In this document: positions 1 to 10,610 of the stretch, in pieces
Layout of the letters: each line of letters begins with the position of its first letter
How positions within the stretch are numbered: position 1 is the stretch's first letter
From: Chamaesiphon sp. OTE_8_metabat_110
GTDB lineage: Bacteria; Cyanobacteriota; Cyanobacteriia; Cyanobacteriales; Chamaesiphonaceae
Length of the DNA: 47,410 nt
Reading direction: 5' to 3'
NCBI RefSeq assembly: GCF_031382685.1
Contig: NZ_JANMZA010000140.1
Span: forward strand, 1 to 47,410
The notes under the pieces: generated by a model
The model's input: the letters and a program-made list of their open reading frames with translations, nothing else
What the model was told of the DNA's origin: nothing
Databases searched by the model: none
Made by a program: the position numbers and the translations under genes

Positions 1-147
1 CAATAAATCCACACTTGCTCGACACGATCGATCCCTGGTAGATCGATCGCCGTAGCTCGGAAATCTCCATAATTTAAAATCCTAAAATCGTGGAATCCGG
101 GATACAATTGCCTTGAGTGTGAGTAAGTATAAATAACTATCAAAGCT

Positions 148-357
148 ATGTCGCCCAGTTCCCTAACCCCAGTTGCGCCCCGATCTACTACCCAAGAGCG
201 TGCAGTTGGATCTGCTAATTCAGAGTACGAGCAGCAAATTGCCAAATTGACCAAAGCTCTATATCCAGCCGATAGACAAGAAAAATTCCTCGAACTGCAA
301 GCAGAAGTTGACACCCTGTTATGCCAGTTGCAAGCATTGCAGACAGTGCGCGTGTAG
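148..357 (+). CDS. small hypothetical protein
   Basis: 69-aa ORF with ATG; C-terminal YPADRQEKFLELQAEVDTLLCQLQ resembles small conserved cyanobacterial proteins. Confidence 0.6.
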   Translation: MSPSSLTPVAPRSTTQERAVGSANSEYEQQIAKLTKALYPADRQEKFLELQAEVDTLLCQLQALQTVRV

Positions 358-422
358 ATTTTGAGTCAGCACAACTTTTCGACCGTTTAAAATACCAGCC
401 TCATCCAATCTTAAAATTACAA

Positions 423-455
423 ACAGAGCGATCGAAGATATTTCGATCGCTTTGT
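423..455. terminator. hairpin between convergent genes, probable bidirectional terminator
   Basis: acagagcgatcgaa-gatat-ttcgatcgctttgt inverted repeat. Confidence 0.5.
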
Positions 456-560
456 CTTTAGATCTAGATTCGTGATGGTGCGTTACGCCTACACCAGAGC
501 GATAAATTAACGGTAGGGTGCGTTACTGCGCAAGCATAACGCACCAATTCTCTGGTCGAT

Positions 561-1724
561 CTAAAGTAATTCGTATAGAGTACTACGCTGCCGATAATCC
601 CGATCGAGATCGCCAATCGCCCCCTGCAACTGAGCAACCGATAAACAAGTCCCGCCTTTGGCTCCCGCCATCATGGTAATATGCTCCTCCATCAACGTGC
701 CGCCCAAATCGTTGCATCCCCATGTGAGCGCAGTTTTCGCGCCTTCTAGCCCCAATTTGACCCAACTGGGCTGATGATTGGGGATGTAGTTACCCAAGAA
801 AATGCGCGCGACAGCCGTGAGTAAGAGATTGTCAGCCAGAATGGGCTGATCGCGTCCGACACGACTGCGCAGCGGTGCGGGTGCAGATTCACCCACAAAA
901 GGAAGAATGATAAATTCGGTAATGCGCGTGGGATACTCAGACTCGATCGCGTATTGTTGAATTTGTTTTAACTGCTCTAAGTGCGCGATTTGCTGGCTGG
1001 GAGTCTCGATATGTCCGGCTAACAGCGTACTAGTCGTGGGTAGCCCCAATCGATGAGCCGTAGAGATAATCTCAATCCACGTCGCACTAGAGATCTTTTC
1101 CGGGCAAATTACCCGCCGCACCGTATCATCGAGTACCTCCGCCGCCGTTCCTGGCATCGAACCGACACCAGCACGTTGGAGCGCCATAATTACATCAGCA
1201 TAACTCAACCCATCTTGACGGGCGATAAACTCTACTTCTTGGGGTGAGAAAGCATGAAGATGGAGTTGCGGAAATGTCGTTTTAATCGCACTAACTAACT
1301 CTACATAATAAGTCAGCGATCGACCCCCAATCTTGGCACCGGGATGTAAACCGCCCTGCATACAAATTTCCGTCGCCGAGAGCGAGACAGCATCAGCGGC
1401 TTTAGCTAAAATCTGTTCGGTACTCAACCAAAATGCGCCCTCAGTACCTGCATCGCGCCGAAAAGCGCAGAAACTACAGTGCTGCTCGCAAATATTGGTG
1501 AAGTTAATATTGCGATTGATAACATAGGTAACTGTATCGCCAACTTGCTGGTGTCGAAGCTTGTCGGCTGTCAACCGAATCTGCTCGATAAGATCGGGAC
1601 TAGTTTGAATCAGGAGCAAGAGTGCATCGGCTGTAGAAATATCCTCGCCTTGCAAGGCTCGATCGAGAATCCGCTCGACCGTGCTAATGTCTGAAGCAAT
1701 AGTAGAAGCGGCAATTTCAGACAT
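561..1724 (-). CDS. cofH: FO (deazaflavin) synthase subunit CofH, radical SAM
   Basis: [24 protein letters not shown] (CxxxCxxC), [31 protein letters not shown] motifs of the CofH family. Confidence 0.9.
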   Translation of the reverse strand: MSEIAASTIASDISTVERILDRALQGEDISTADALLLLIQTSPDLIEQIRLTADKLRHQQVGDTVTYVINRNINFTNICEQHCSFCAFRRDAGTEGAFWLSTEQILAKAADAVSLSATEICMQGGLHPGAKIGGRSLTYYVELVSAIKTTFPQLHLHAFSPQEVEFIARQDGLSYADVIMALQRAGVGSMPGTAAEVLDDTVRRVICPEKISSATWIEIISTAHRLGLPTTSTLLAGHIETPSQQIAHLEQLKQIQQYAIESEYPTRITEFIILPFVGESAPAPLRSRVGRDQPILADNLLLTAVARIFLGNYIPNHQPSWVKLGLEGAKTALTWGCNDLGGTLMEEHITMMAGAKGGTCLSVAQLQGAIGDLDRDYRQRSTLYELL

Positions 1725-1880
1725 ATAGAAATGATAACCAGAATGGAAAATGAACGAGTCAGCGATTGGTGAATATTAGTCCGATCGAGTTCCAATCATT
1801 ATAGCCACTCTAGTTGAATAGAACTCGAACATTTATAAAATAGACCGAGCCTGAAATCTAGATGGTGGTGGGAAGCGGTT

Positions 1881-1948
1881 CCCTATTCCCTATTCCCTAT
1901 TCCCTAAAGCCTATTCCATATTCCCTAAAGCCTAAAACCTAAAGCCTA
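1881..1948. repeat. heptamer short tandem repeat (STRR) tract
   Basis: ccctatt repeats followed by cctaaag/cctaaaa units. Confidence 0.8.
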
Positions 1949-2018
1949 CCGATCGCATTGATGTCACTGACTTGCTAAACTCGATCGGGGAACTAGCGAT
2001 ATTGAGGAAAAGATTTTT

Positions 2019-2723
2019 ATGCCGATCGAGACTTTGTTTCCACTGGCAATTTATTATGAAGATCTGCAAGATGCTGCCAAGCATCAACAAACCTTACTCG
2101 ATGCGGTATTACAGCTAGAGCGAGAAGGTGGCGAACGCCGTAACTATCCAGAAATGGCCTGGACGGGCGATCTTCATGGCGTGGCTCAAATTCATACCAA
2201 TCCGGCGTTTGTGTGGATTGTGGAGCAAGTAGAGCGGCATACAGCGATCTATTTGCTAGAGCTGGGAATCGATCTGAGCAAGGTCGATTTATATATTCAG
2301 CGGGCATGGCCGATCGTTTCACGGACAGAGCAAGAAGTTGGTGCCCATTGTCACAATACCGCTCACGTTAGTGCTGTTTACTATATTAAAGTCCCGAGCG
2401 AGGGGACTTACGATCCGGGGCGGCTGGTGTTTATTGATGAGGCGTTGGTAAATGAGGTGAGTCCGGGATTGGGCAGTGAAAATACCGATATCATTGCTGA
2501 AGATAACTACCTCAACCAGCTTCAAGCAGCCTATCTCCCTGTCGAGGGCAGATTATTGATGTTTCCCGCCAAGCAACGTCATGCTGTCACGATGAATGAG
2601 ACGGAGGAGCTACGCGTCTCTCTATCATTCGATATCGTGCTGACAGCCAAGGGTGCGGCGTCGGGTGCGTATGAGTTCTTGACACCACCACCTACTCAGT
2701 GGCAGCAGTTTAAGTCTCATTGA
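2019..2723 (+). CDS. putative 2OG-Fe(II) oxygenase (TIGR02466-like)
   Basis: IETLFP N-terminus, AHCHNTAHVSAVYY, EGRLLMFPAKQRHAV, RVSLSFDI pattern. Confidence 0.75.
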   Translation: MPIETLFPLAIYYEDLQDAAKHQQTLLDAVLQLEREGGERRNYPEMAWTGDLHGVAQIHTNPAFVWIVEQVERHTAIYLLELGIDLSKVDLYIQRAWPIVSRTEQEVGAHCHNTAHVSAVYYIKVPSEGTYDPGRLVFIDEALVNEVSPGLGSENTDIIAEDNYLNQLQAAYLPVEGRLLMFPAKQRHAVTMNETEELRVSLSFDIVLTAKGAASGAYEFLTPPPTQWQQFKSH

Positions 2724-2819
2724 TAATTGATAATAAACCAGTCCACGAAGGCGGACTTTGTAGCGTTAGCCCCGATTTCAATCGGAGGCGATGCTAGTGC
2801 GGAGCAAATATCCCTAACC

Positions 2820-2847
2820 CGTTGGCGTAGCCTCTCCGCTAGGAGAA
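2820..2847 (+). repeat. small dispersed repeat (GTTGGCGTAGCCTCTCC..GGAGAA family)
   Basis: related copies at about 4530-4555, 26017-26045 and 47167-47196. Confidence 0.8.
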
Positions 2848-3096
2848 ACTGATGTTAGACTAGCAAGATTTACGGCGATCGCCAACCTCAGCCGCCGTTA
2901 CTCACAGCTTGTACCAGGGAACATTAAGCAAAGTAAATATAGTCGAAGCAGATAAGATTGCGGTCAAAACTGGTGAATATTAGCTACAGCGATGATTTGA
3001 TGCCAGTTTTGCTGGTATGTACCCGGTTGACTAACCTCGCTGCGATCGGTTAGTGTTCAGAATCAAGTGGCGTTAATCTTTAAGATTAATTAATTT

Positions 3097-3441
3097 ATGA
3101 AAAGATTTTTACTTCTATTTCTGTCGGCACCTACAGCTCTTAGTACGATTTTACCGTTTGTGACCGCAGCACCCGCTCTGGCTGGTAACAAACCAAGCCT
3201 TGACAATAAGTTTTGCGTCAGCACTCACAATCGACTCGTGTGCGTCAAATCTTCACAACTAGCAAGTAACGACCCCAGAGCAGTTCTCATCGCTAAAGCT
3301 GCCGCAGAAGCCAAAGATCCCGATGCTTTCGTCAATTTTAGCGATGAAGAAAGTGATGCCGCCGCAGCAATGTTTGGTTGTGACTGCCCTGCTTGTATTC
3401 GCTCCTTGCGTCACCTGCGTGTTATGGCTCAAGTTAGTTAG
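3097..3441 (+). CDS. exported hypothetical protein with C-terminal GCDCPAC motif
   Basis: signal-peptide-like N-terminus ending APALA; FSDEESDAAAAMFGCDCPAC. Confidence 0.7.
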   Translation: MKRFLLLFLSAPTALSTILPFVTAAPALAGNKPSLDNKFCVSTHNRLVCVKSSQLASNDPRAVLIAKAAAEAKDPDAFVNFSDEESDAAAAMFGCDCPACIRSLRHLRVMAQVS

Positions 3442-3474
3442 ACTAGTAGCTAGTCGATAGTTGAGAGTGGCGCG

Positions 3475-4500
3475 ATGAATAATCTAGATAATTACGATCC
3501 TAGTGGTGTCGGGCAGGTCAATGGCAACTTATTTGGCTTGCCGTTCGATTACGATTCGGCACAGACGATCGTCTTTGGTGTGCCGTGGGAAGTGACTGTT
3601 TCATACAATCCCGGAACAGCAGCAGCACCGCAACGGATTCTCGCTGCTTCGCCGCAATTAGATTTATATGATTTTGACAATCCTCAAGGCTGGCAAGGGG
3701 GTATTTATATGCCGCCGATCGATCCAGATCTGCTGGCAAAAAACCATTATTATCGCCAACAAGCAGCCTTAATTATCGATCGATTGGAGCAGGGTAAATC
3801 GCTGGATTTAGCACCAGATTTAAACCCAGTATTAGCCGAGATAAATCAGGCTGGAAGAGATCTCAATCGGTGGTTGTTCGATCGCACTCAAGCCGCGATG
3901 AATGCTGGCAAAAAAGTTGGTGTCATCGGTGGCGATCATAGCGTGCCATTGGGTTACATGCAGGCTTTAGCCGATCGATATCCCGATTACGGCATTCTCC
4001 ATGTAGATGCTCATTCAGATTTGCGCGATGCTTATGAGGGCTTTGAATTTTCTCATGCGTCGATTATGTTTAATGCGCTCAAAATTCCCCAGATTTCTAA
4101 GCTGGTACAAGTAGGAATTCGGGATGTTTCTCAAGTAGAAATCGAGACGATCGAGCAGTCTCAAGGACGGGCGATCGCCTACTATGATTCACTCCTCAAA
4201 CAACAGATGTATTCAGGTGCTAGTTGGCTGAGCATTTGTCAAGAAGCGATCGCTCATTTGCCGCAGCAAGTTTATATCAGTTTCGATGCCGATGGCTTAG
4301 ATCCCAAACTATGTCCGAGTACGGGGACTCCGGTACCTGGCGGGATGGAATTGGAGCAAGCTTTTTGCTTGTGCCGCGAAGTGATTCGCAGTGGACGAAA
4401 GATAATTGGGTTTGATGTTTGTGAAGTGGGAAATGCCGAATGGGACGGTAATGTAGGTGCGAGAATTGTTTACAAGTTAATCAATTTAATGAGTTTGTAG
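3475..4500 (+). CDS. speB: agmatinase / ureohydrolase family protein
   Basis: GGDHS, HVDAHSDLRD, SFDADGLDP, TGTPVPGG arginase-family motifs. Confidence 0.85.
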   Translation: MNNLDNYDPSGVGQVNGNLFGLPFDYDSAQTIVFGVPWEVTVSYNPGTAAAPQRILAASPQLDLYDFDNPQGWQGGIYMPPIDPDLLAKNHYYRQQAALIIDRLEQGKSLDLAPDLNPVLAEINQAGRDLNRWLFDRTQAAMNAGKKVGVIGGDHSVPLGYMQALADRYPDYGILHVDAHSDLRDAYEGFEFSHASIMFNALKIPQISKLVQVGIRDVSQVEIETIEQSQGRAIAYYDSLLKQQMYSGASWLSICQEAIAHLPQQVYISFDADGLDPKLCPSTGTPVPGGMELEQAFCLCREVIRSGRKIIGFDVCEVGNAEWDGNVGARIVYKLINLMSL

Positions 4501-4779
4501 TGGATAGTGGATAGTGGATAGCTTGCACTGTTGGCGTAGCCTGCCGTAGGCATAGTGTGGATGGGCGACCGACATCACAGGGCGAGATTGTCTATGTTCT
4601 CAAGTGGGAAAAGAGTAAGTTTTGTGGGCAATCGCCCAGCAGCACTTCTGGCTATCCACTATCCACTATTCACGTTTCACTATCCGATGTAAGGATATTT
4701 ATCTTCAAATCAGCTTCCGGCGCAGATAGTGTTAAAATTTTTGTCCCACCCTGCTTTTATTTTCCCTACTACTGCACAC

Positions 4780-7700
4780 ATGACCCCATCCCCCTTCACC
4801 GACGCTGAAATTGCCGCTCAGGGCATCAAACCCAATGAGTATGCAGAAATTGTCAAAAGACTGAATCGGCACCCCAACAAGGCCGAATTAGGGATGTTTG
4901 GGGTGATGTGGTCGGAGCATTGCTGTTATAAAAATTCGCGTCCTTTGCTCAAGCAATTTCCGACGACGGGCGATCGCATCCTGGTCGGGCCGGGTGAAAA
5001 TGCGGGGGTGATCGACTTGGGTGACGGACTGCAACTAGCTTTTAAAATCGAGTCTCACAATCATCCTTCGGCGGTCGAACCTTTTCAAGGTGCGGCGACT
5101 GGGGTAGGTGGGATTTTGCGGGATATTTTTACCATGGGTGCGCGGCCGATCGCAATTCTCAATTCGCTGCGGTTTGGCGACCTTAAAGATGCCAAAACCC
5201 GCCGCTTATTTACAGGTGTCGTGGCGGGGATTTCCCACTATGGTAACTGCTTAGTCGGTTCGGAAACCTTCATCTGGAGAGACGAGCGGGGGATTCACTG
5301 CGACACGATCGGCAATTTTGTCAATACCCATTTGCCAGCTCAGGCGCATACTCACGAACTGCCCTTGGGCATCGAGACACTCTCCCTCGACCCCAAAACC
5401 AATCGCAGTTGTTGGCAACCCGTTACCCGGATCTTCAAACGCCAGACAGATAAGCTGGTAAATATCCGCACCTCCTTGGGGCGTAGCCTAACAGTCACCC
5501 CAGATCACCCGATGTTACGGGTGGAAGCTGAAAATAAAGTGCGGATTCGCTACGCTCAAACCTTGCGCGTCGGCGATAGTCTGCCGATCCTTCAGCAGCT
5601 CCCCGAACTTGGGCAACCGCCACAGCCACTCGATTTAATTGCGCTAATTAAGCCAGAACATCAGATCGATCGAGAGTTGTGTATCAAGCTCCCCGATGCT
5701 TGGCAACCGACGGATCTAATTCGGACTACGCTCGAATTATTTGAACCCTCGATCCAAAAACGCAACCATTACCTCAGTACCAAAACCTTACCCCTAGAGC
5801 GATTCCTCAATCTCGAACAGCTCCTGGGATTCGATCGCGCCCTCAATTTCTCCCGTGCGGATCTCAAAATCGGTCAACATGGGAAAGATGACTGGTTGCC
5901 TGCAATAATCGAGCCAGATGCCGCTTTTGCCCGTCTTGTGGGCTATTATGTCGCCACGGGAATGGTCTCGCCAGCGGGTAATATTTACCGGATTTTCTTT
6001 AACTTCAGCCATCATGAAGCGGCAGCGGCTACCGATGTGATGGCGATCCTCCACGATTTAGGGATCGAAGCAAGTACCAAACAGCGCACATCTGGCATGG
6101 CAGTATGCGTCTCATCCTGGCTATTGGGCTATTTATTCATCCACGCCTGGGCATGTGGGAATGAATCGACACACAAACGCCTGCCCGATTTTGTGTGGGA
6201 ATGGGATGCCTCATTGCAACAAGAATTACTCAAAACTCTCATTCGTAATAACCCGACGATTCCTAGTCCCACCAGTGGTTTAGCAGCACAAGAGAAAATT
6301 TTCTGCTCCACTTCTAGCCGTCAATTATTCGACCAACTGATGCTGTTGGTGCAAAATCAAGGCATCCTGCCCCAAGTCCACCATCGTCCGGCTTCAGTGG
6401 GCAAAATCAAAGGACGAGAATTTGATTATGCTGCCCTGTGGCAAATTGAAGTTCGCCGCGATTGGATGTCTAGTCGTCCCCCAGCCATGCCCGTTCAGCA
6501 GCGGGAAGTCGGCAATGTCGCCACTCAGACTAGCACGGCGGTTTCGACTCTCGCAACAGTCAAGATTCACAGCATTGCCACCCACAATGTCGCACCCTGC
6601 GATGTCTACGATGTGGAAGTCGATCGCACGCATTTATTCGTAACTAGTTCCGGCATTATCGCTCATAATTGCGTCGGTGTGCCGACAGTGGGCGGCGAAG
6701 TGTATTTCGACCCCGCCTACAGTGGCAATCCCTTAGTCAATGCGATGGCAATGGGGTTGATGGAAACAGCCACGATCGTCAAATCCGGCGCAGCAGGTAT
6801 CGGCAATCCCGTCCTGTATGTGGGTTCTACCACCGGACGCGACGGCATGGGCGGTGCGAGTTTTGCCAGTGCCGAACTAACTGCCGAATCGATCGACAAT
6901 CGCCCCGCCGTCCAAGTTGGCGACCCCTTCCTCGAAAAATCCCTGATTGAAGCTTGTCTGGAAGCGTTCAAGACTGGCGCAGTCGTCGCCGCGCAGGATA
7001 TGGGTGCGGCGGGCATCACCTGCTCTTGCTCGGAAATGGCCGCTAAAGGTGGCGTGGGGATTGAATTCGATCTCGACTTGGTACCCGCCCGCGAACCCGG
7101 CATGGTGCCCTATGAATACCTCCTCTCCGAATCCCAAGAACGGATGCTCTTTGTCGCCCACAAAGGACGCGAACAGGAGCTAATCGATATCTTCGAGCGG
7201 TGGGGACTCCATGCCGTCGTCGCTGGGACGGTAATTGCCGAACCGATCGTCAGAATCTTATTTCAAGGCGCGATCGCGGCGGAAGTGCCCGCAACAGCCC
7301 TGGCAGATAACACCCCGATTTACGAGCGGGAATTGATGCAGGAGGCTCCTGAATACGCCCAAACAGCCTGGGCATGGACACCAGACCAGTTACCCCCAGC
7401 CACCCCCCAAGGCATCGAAATAAACGGCAAATCCCACACTTGGAATGACGTTCTGTTGACCCTCCTCGATACCCCCTCGATCGCGTCCAAACGCTGGGTG
7501 TATCGTCAATACGACCACCAAGTTCAAAATAATACCGTCATGCTCCCCGGCGGTGCCGATGCCGCGATTATCCGCATCCGCCCCTTAGAGCCGATCCAAG
7601 GTCGCCAATCCACGGTTAATAACCCCAATCTCGGCGTCGCCGCCACCGTAGACTGCAACCCCCGCTACGTCTATCTCAACCCCTTAGAAGGCGCTAAAAT

Positions 7701-8604
7701 GGTCGTCGCCGAAGCCGCCCGCAACCTTAGTTGCGTCGGCGCAGAACCCGTCGCCGTCACCGACAATCTCAACTTTGGCAGCCCCGAAAAACCGATCGGG
7801 TATTGGCAACTCGCTAACGCCTGCATGGGTTTAGCCGAAGCCTGTACCAAATTTAATACCCCCGTCACAGGTGGTAATGTCTCCCTCTATAATGAAACCT
7901 TCGATCCCGCAGGCAATCCCGTCCCGATTTATCCCACCCCCGTCGTTGGAATGGTCGGCATCGTAGAGGATATTACCAAAATCTGCGGTCAAGGCTGGCA
8001 AAATTCCGGCGATCTCATCTACCTAATGGGTGTACCGACAACCCTAGGGTACCCACAAGCGGCGTTTTTATTCGGGGGTTCCCCCCGAATAGAAAAACGA
8101 CAAGACGGGGCACCCCTACAGGTGACTTTAGGCGCTTCTGAATATCTCGCCACCCTGCATCAAACCGTCGCCGGACAACCCCCAACCGTGAATTTCGACC
8201 TCGAACTCCAAGTTCAAGCCGCCTGTCGCCACGGGATTCAGCAAGGCTGGATTAAATCGGCTCATGACTCCGCCGAAGGTGGTTTAACCGTCGCGCTGGC
8301 GGAATGTTGTATCTCTGGAAACAAGGGTGCGACGATCGAGATTGGCGCAGTCGAGAGTCGGTGGGATACGGTGTTATTTGGGGAAGGTGGCGCGAGAATT
8401 ATCGTCTCGATCGAGCCTACTTATCAAGCTGAATTCGAGGCTTATTTAAACACCAATGTGACTGACGCTTGGCAATATTTAGGCGCTGTCGGTACTGCTG
8501 ACGATCGGTTTCAAGTAACTGCGGAAACTAACTTAATCGATCTCGATATCGCCGCAATTACCGAAACTTGGGCAACTGCGATCGAGCGTCGTTTGGATGT
8601 CTAG
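4780..8604 (+). CDS. purL: phosphoribosylformylglycinamidine synthase subunit PurL, intein-containing precursor
   Basis: [56 protein letters not shown]; likely start is ATG 4780 rather than 4729. Confidence 0.95.
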   Translation: MTPSPFTDAEIAAQGIKPNEYAEIVKRLNRHPNKAELGMFGVMWSEHCCYKNSRPLLKQFPTTGDRILVGPGENAGVIDLGDGLQLAFKIESHNHPSAVEPFQGAATGVGGILRDIFTMGARPIAILNSLRFGDLKDAKTRRLFTGVVAGISHYGNCLVGSETFIWRDERGIHCDTIGNFVNTHLPAQAHTHELPLGIETLSLDPKTNRSCWQPVTRIFKRQTDKLVNIRTSLGRSLTVTPDHPMLRVEAENKVRIRYAQTLRVGDSLPILQQLPELGQPPQPLDLIALIKPEHQIDRELCIKLPDAWQPTDLIRTTLELFEPSIQKRNHYLSTKTLPLERFLNLEQLLGFDRALNFSRADLKIGQHGKDDWLPAIIEPDAAFARLVGYYVATGMVSPAGNIYRIFFNFSHHEAAAATDVMAILHDLGIEASTKQRTSGMAVCVSSWLLGYLFIHAWACGNESTHKRLPDFVWEWDASLQQELLKTLIRNNPTIPSPTSGLAAQEKIFCSTSSRQLFDQLMLLVQNQGILPQVHHRPASVGKIKGREFDYAALWQIEVRRDWMSSRPPAMPVQQREVGNVATQTSTAVSTLATVKIHSIATHNVAPCDVYDVEVDRTHLFVTSSGIIAHNCVGVPTVGGEVYFDPAYSGNPLVNAMAMGLMETATIVKSGAAGIGNPVLYVGSTTGRDGMGGASFASAELTAESIDNRPAVQVGDPFLEKSLIEACLEAFKTGAVVAAQDMGAAGITCSCSEMAAKGGVGIEFDLDLVPAREPGMVPYEYLLSESQERMLFVAHKGREQELIDIFERWGLHAVVAGTVIAEPIVRILFQGAIAAEVPATALADNTPIYERELMQEAPEYAQTAWAWTPDQLPPATPQGIEINGKSHTWNDVLLTLLDTPSIASKRWVYRQYDHQVQNNTVMLPGGADAAIIRIRPLEPIQGRQSTVNNPNLGVAATVDCNPRYVYLNPLEGAKMVVAEAARNLSCVGAEPVAVTDNLNFGSPEKPIGYWQLANACMGLAEACTKFNTPVTGGNVSLYNETFDPAGNPVPIYPTPVVGMVGIVEDITKICGQGWQNSGDLIYLMGVPTTLGYPQAAFLFGGSPRIEKRQDGAPLQVTLGASEYLATLHQTVAGQPPTVNFDLELQVQAACRHGIQQGWIKSAHDSAEGGLTVALAECCISGNKGATIEIGAVESRWDTVLFGEGGARIIVSIEPTYQAEFEAYLNTNVTDAWQYLGAVGTADDRFQVTAETNLIDLDIAAITETWATAIERRLDV
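5248..6669 (+). mobile_element. intein in PurL (474 aa) with degenerate LAGLIDADG-type endonuclease
   Basis: HYGN|CLVGSET start, block [11 protein letters not shown], block F VYDVEV, end IIAHN|C; removal rejoins the conserved [14 protein letters not shown]. Confidence 0.93.
8046..8120. repeat. nested palindromic repeat inserted in frame in purL
   Basis: agggtacccacaag-[cggcgtttttattcggggg-tt-ccccccgaatagaaaaacgacaagac]-ggggcacccctaca; translates as [25 protein letters not shown]. Confidence 0.7.
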
Positions 8605-8687
8605 TTAGGAATAAGGATTAAATAACTTGCGTAGGTTGGGTTTAAGCCCGCGAAACCCAACTCTCTAGGGATGTTGGGTTTCTTAAG

Positions 8688-9623
8688 CTAATCGATCCGC
8701 CGTGCGATCTCATGAGTCATCAGATCGTAAGCCATCCGCGTATTCGGAAAAATCGCCCGTGCAGCTTGTAACAAATCGTCCAAACCGATCGGGCTACCTG
8801 GTGAGTAACGGGGGCTAAAATGAGTCAGAATTAATTCTTTAGCTCCAGCACCTAGAGCCACTTGTGCCGCCATTGTCGAGGTCGAATGCAGCCTGTCGAA
8901 TGCCATATCGGCATCTTGATGGGCAAATGTCGATTCGTGAATCAACACATCAGCATCCGCCGCCAGCTCGATCGAATTCTCACAGAACACCGTATCGGTA
9001 CAGTAGACAAACTTGCGTCCGATCTCAGTTTCACCACACAAATCTCGACCATTAATAATTCTGCCATCTGGTAAAGTTACCACCTCACCATTTTTTAACT
9101 TCCCATAAATTGGCCCCGAGGGAATGCCTAATGCCTTCGCCTTTTCGAGATTAAATCTGCCGGGTTTATCGGTTTCACTGACACGATAACCGTAAGCCGG
9201 AACCTTATGCTTGAGCGGAATACAAGTGACTGTAAAATCAGCTTCTTTGTAGACGATCCCTGGCTCGATCGTGTGAACTTTCAGCGGATAATTAAGATGA
9301 GTATAAGAGTATTTCTGACACGCGCGGAGATACTCATCTAAACCTTTAGGGCCATAAATGTCAATTCGATCGGGACTACCTGCCATGCCGTAGGTCGCCA
9401 GCAAGCCCATCAATCCGAAAATATGATCGCCATGCAGGTGCGTCACAAAAATCCGCCGAATCTGGCTGATTTTGACATCGCAGCGCAATAATTGATGCTG
9501 AGTCGCTTCACCGCAATCAAATAACCACACCTCGGCCCGTTGCGGGAGATTGAGGGCGATACTAGAAACATTGCGTGTCCTGGTGGGGACACCTGAAGAT
9601 GTGCCGAGAAAAGTGATTTGCAC
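8688..9623 (-). CDS. rnz: ribonuclease Z
   Basis: QITFLGTSSGVPT, FDCGE, THLHGDHIFGL, GIPSGP exosite, HESTF, LTHFSPRY; likely GTG start at 9623. Confidence 0.93.
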   Translation of the reverse strand: MQITFLGTSSGVPTRTRNVSSIALNLPQRAEVWLFDCGEATQHQLLRCDVKISQIRRIFVTHLHGDHIFGLMGLLATYGMAGSPDRIDIYGPKGLDEYLRACQKYSYTHLNYPLKVHTIEPGIVYKEADFTVTCIPLKHKVPAYGYRVSETDKPGRFNLEKAKALGIPSGPIYGKLKNGEVVTLPDGRIINGRDLCGETEIGRKFVYCTDTVFCENSIELAADADVLIHESTFAHQDADMAFDRLHSTSTMAAQVALGAGAKELILTHFSPRYSPGSPIGLDDLLQAARAIFPNTRMAYDLMTHEIARRID

Positions 9624-9902
9624 GTTACTTCGATCTGTCGATCGAGACTGATTGAAACTGCGCTGAGTGGGCATTGACGATCGCGATCGCCTGATGACCC
9701 ATCCAGATATTATGGATAGTCATGTTGCCACAGGATAACAATATTTTACCCTGCCGATCGATAACCGCACCGGAAATCTTCGCTTTGCTTTACGACTCAT
9801 TAACGGAAAGGTATTGTCTATGCTCACAGAGAAATATGCCCGAGTTGGCGATCGCGCTGACCTGCTAACCTTCTACAATTAAGGTGTAGTCACACTAAAA
9901 CT

Positions 9903-10127
9903 ATGCAAGTATCTGTAACAGAAGCCGCAGCTAACCTGGACGAGTTAATCCAAGCTGCCATCAGTGGTGAAGAAGTAATTGTGCTTAACGGCGATCGACC
10001 TGCAATTAAATTTACACCGATAGAATCGGTGAAACCTCGTCCAAAATTTGGAAGTGCTAAGGGGCTAGTTTGGATGTCTGAGGATTTCGATGAGCCGTTG
10101 GCAGAAATGCAGGAGTATATGGAGTGA
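9903..10127 (+). CDS. type II antitoxin (Phd/YefM N-terminus, DUF2281-like C-terminus)
   Basis: VSVTEAAANLDELIQAAISGEEVIV plus FGSAKGLVWMSEDFDEPL; overlaps downstream PIN gene. Confidence 0.8.
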   Translation: MQVSVTEAAANLDELIQAAISGEEVIVLNGDRPAIKFTPIESVKPRPKFGSAKGLVWMSEDFDEPLAEMQEYME

Positions 10128-10507
10128 GGCAATTACTCGATACGCATACTTTTTTGTGGTTTGTGATGGGAAATCCCCGCATTACGGCAAAATTGAGAGC
10201 GCAGATCGAAGATAATGAGAATCTTGTCAGCACTGTTAGCATTTGGGAGATAGCGATAAAATACGGAATTGGCAAGTTAAATCTTGAGATACCTTTCGAT
10301 GATTTTATCGATCGACAAATAATTCCCAATGGTCTTCAAATATTAGATATTAAACTAGAACATCTCAAGCTAGTCTCCGCTCTGCCACTCCATCATCGCG
10401 ATCCGTTTGACCGTCTGCTAATTGCTCAAGCAATAACAGAAGACATCTTACTTATCAGTGCCGATCGAGTATTTTCGCTCTATCCAGTTCGATCGATGTG
10501 GGAATAG
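10124..10507 (+). CDS. vapC: VapC-family PIN-domain toxin
   Basis: LLDTHTFLW, SIWEIAIK, HHRDPFDRLLIAQA, LISAD. Confidence 0.9.
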   Translation: MRQLLDTHTFLWFVMGNPRITAKLRAQIEDNENLVSTVSIWEIAIKYGIGKLNLEIPFDDFIDRQIIPNGLQILDIKLEHLKLVSALPLHHRDPFDRLLIAQAITEDILLISADRVFSLYPVRSMWE

Positions 10508-10610
10508 TGGCTAGATGTCCAGCTTGTTGAGTGTAGATTGTATTAAGCTAGGAACAGATATCGAGCTGCAATCTGGGAAATCCCGAGCCGAAGCGCTTGG
10601 CGACCATATT

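Noticed and set aside
9903-10507. vapBC as a novel system
   Set aside because: It is an ordinary, widespread type II toxin-antitoxin pair.
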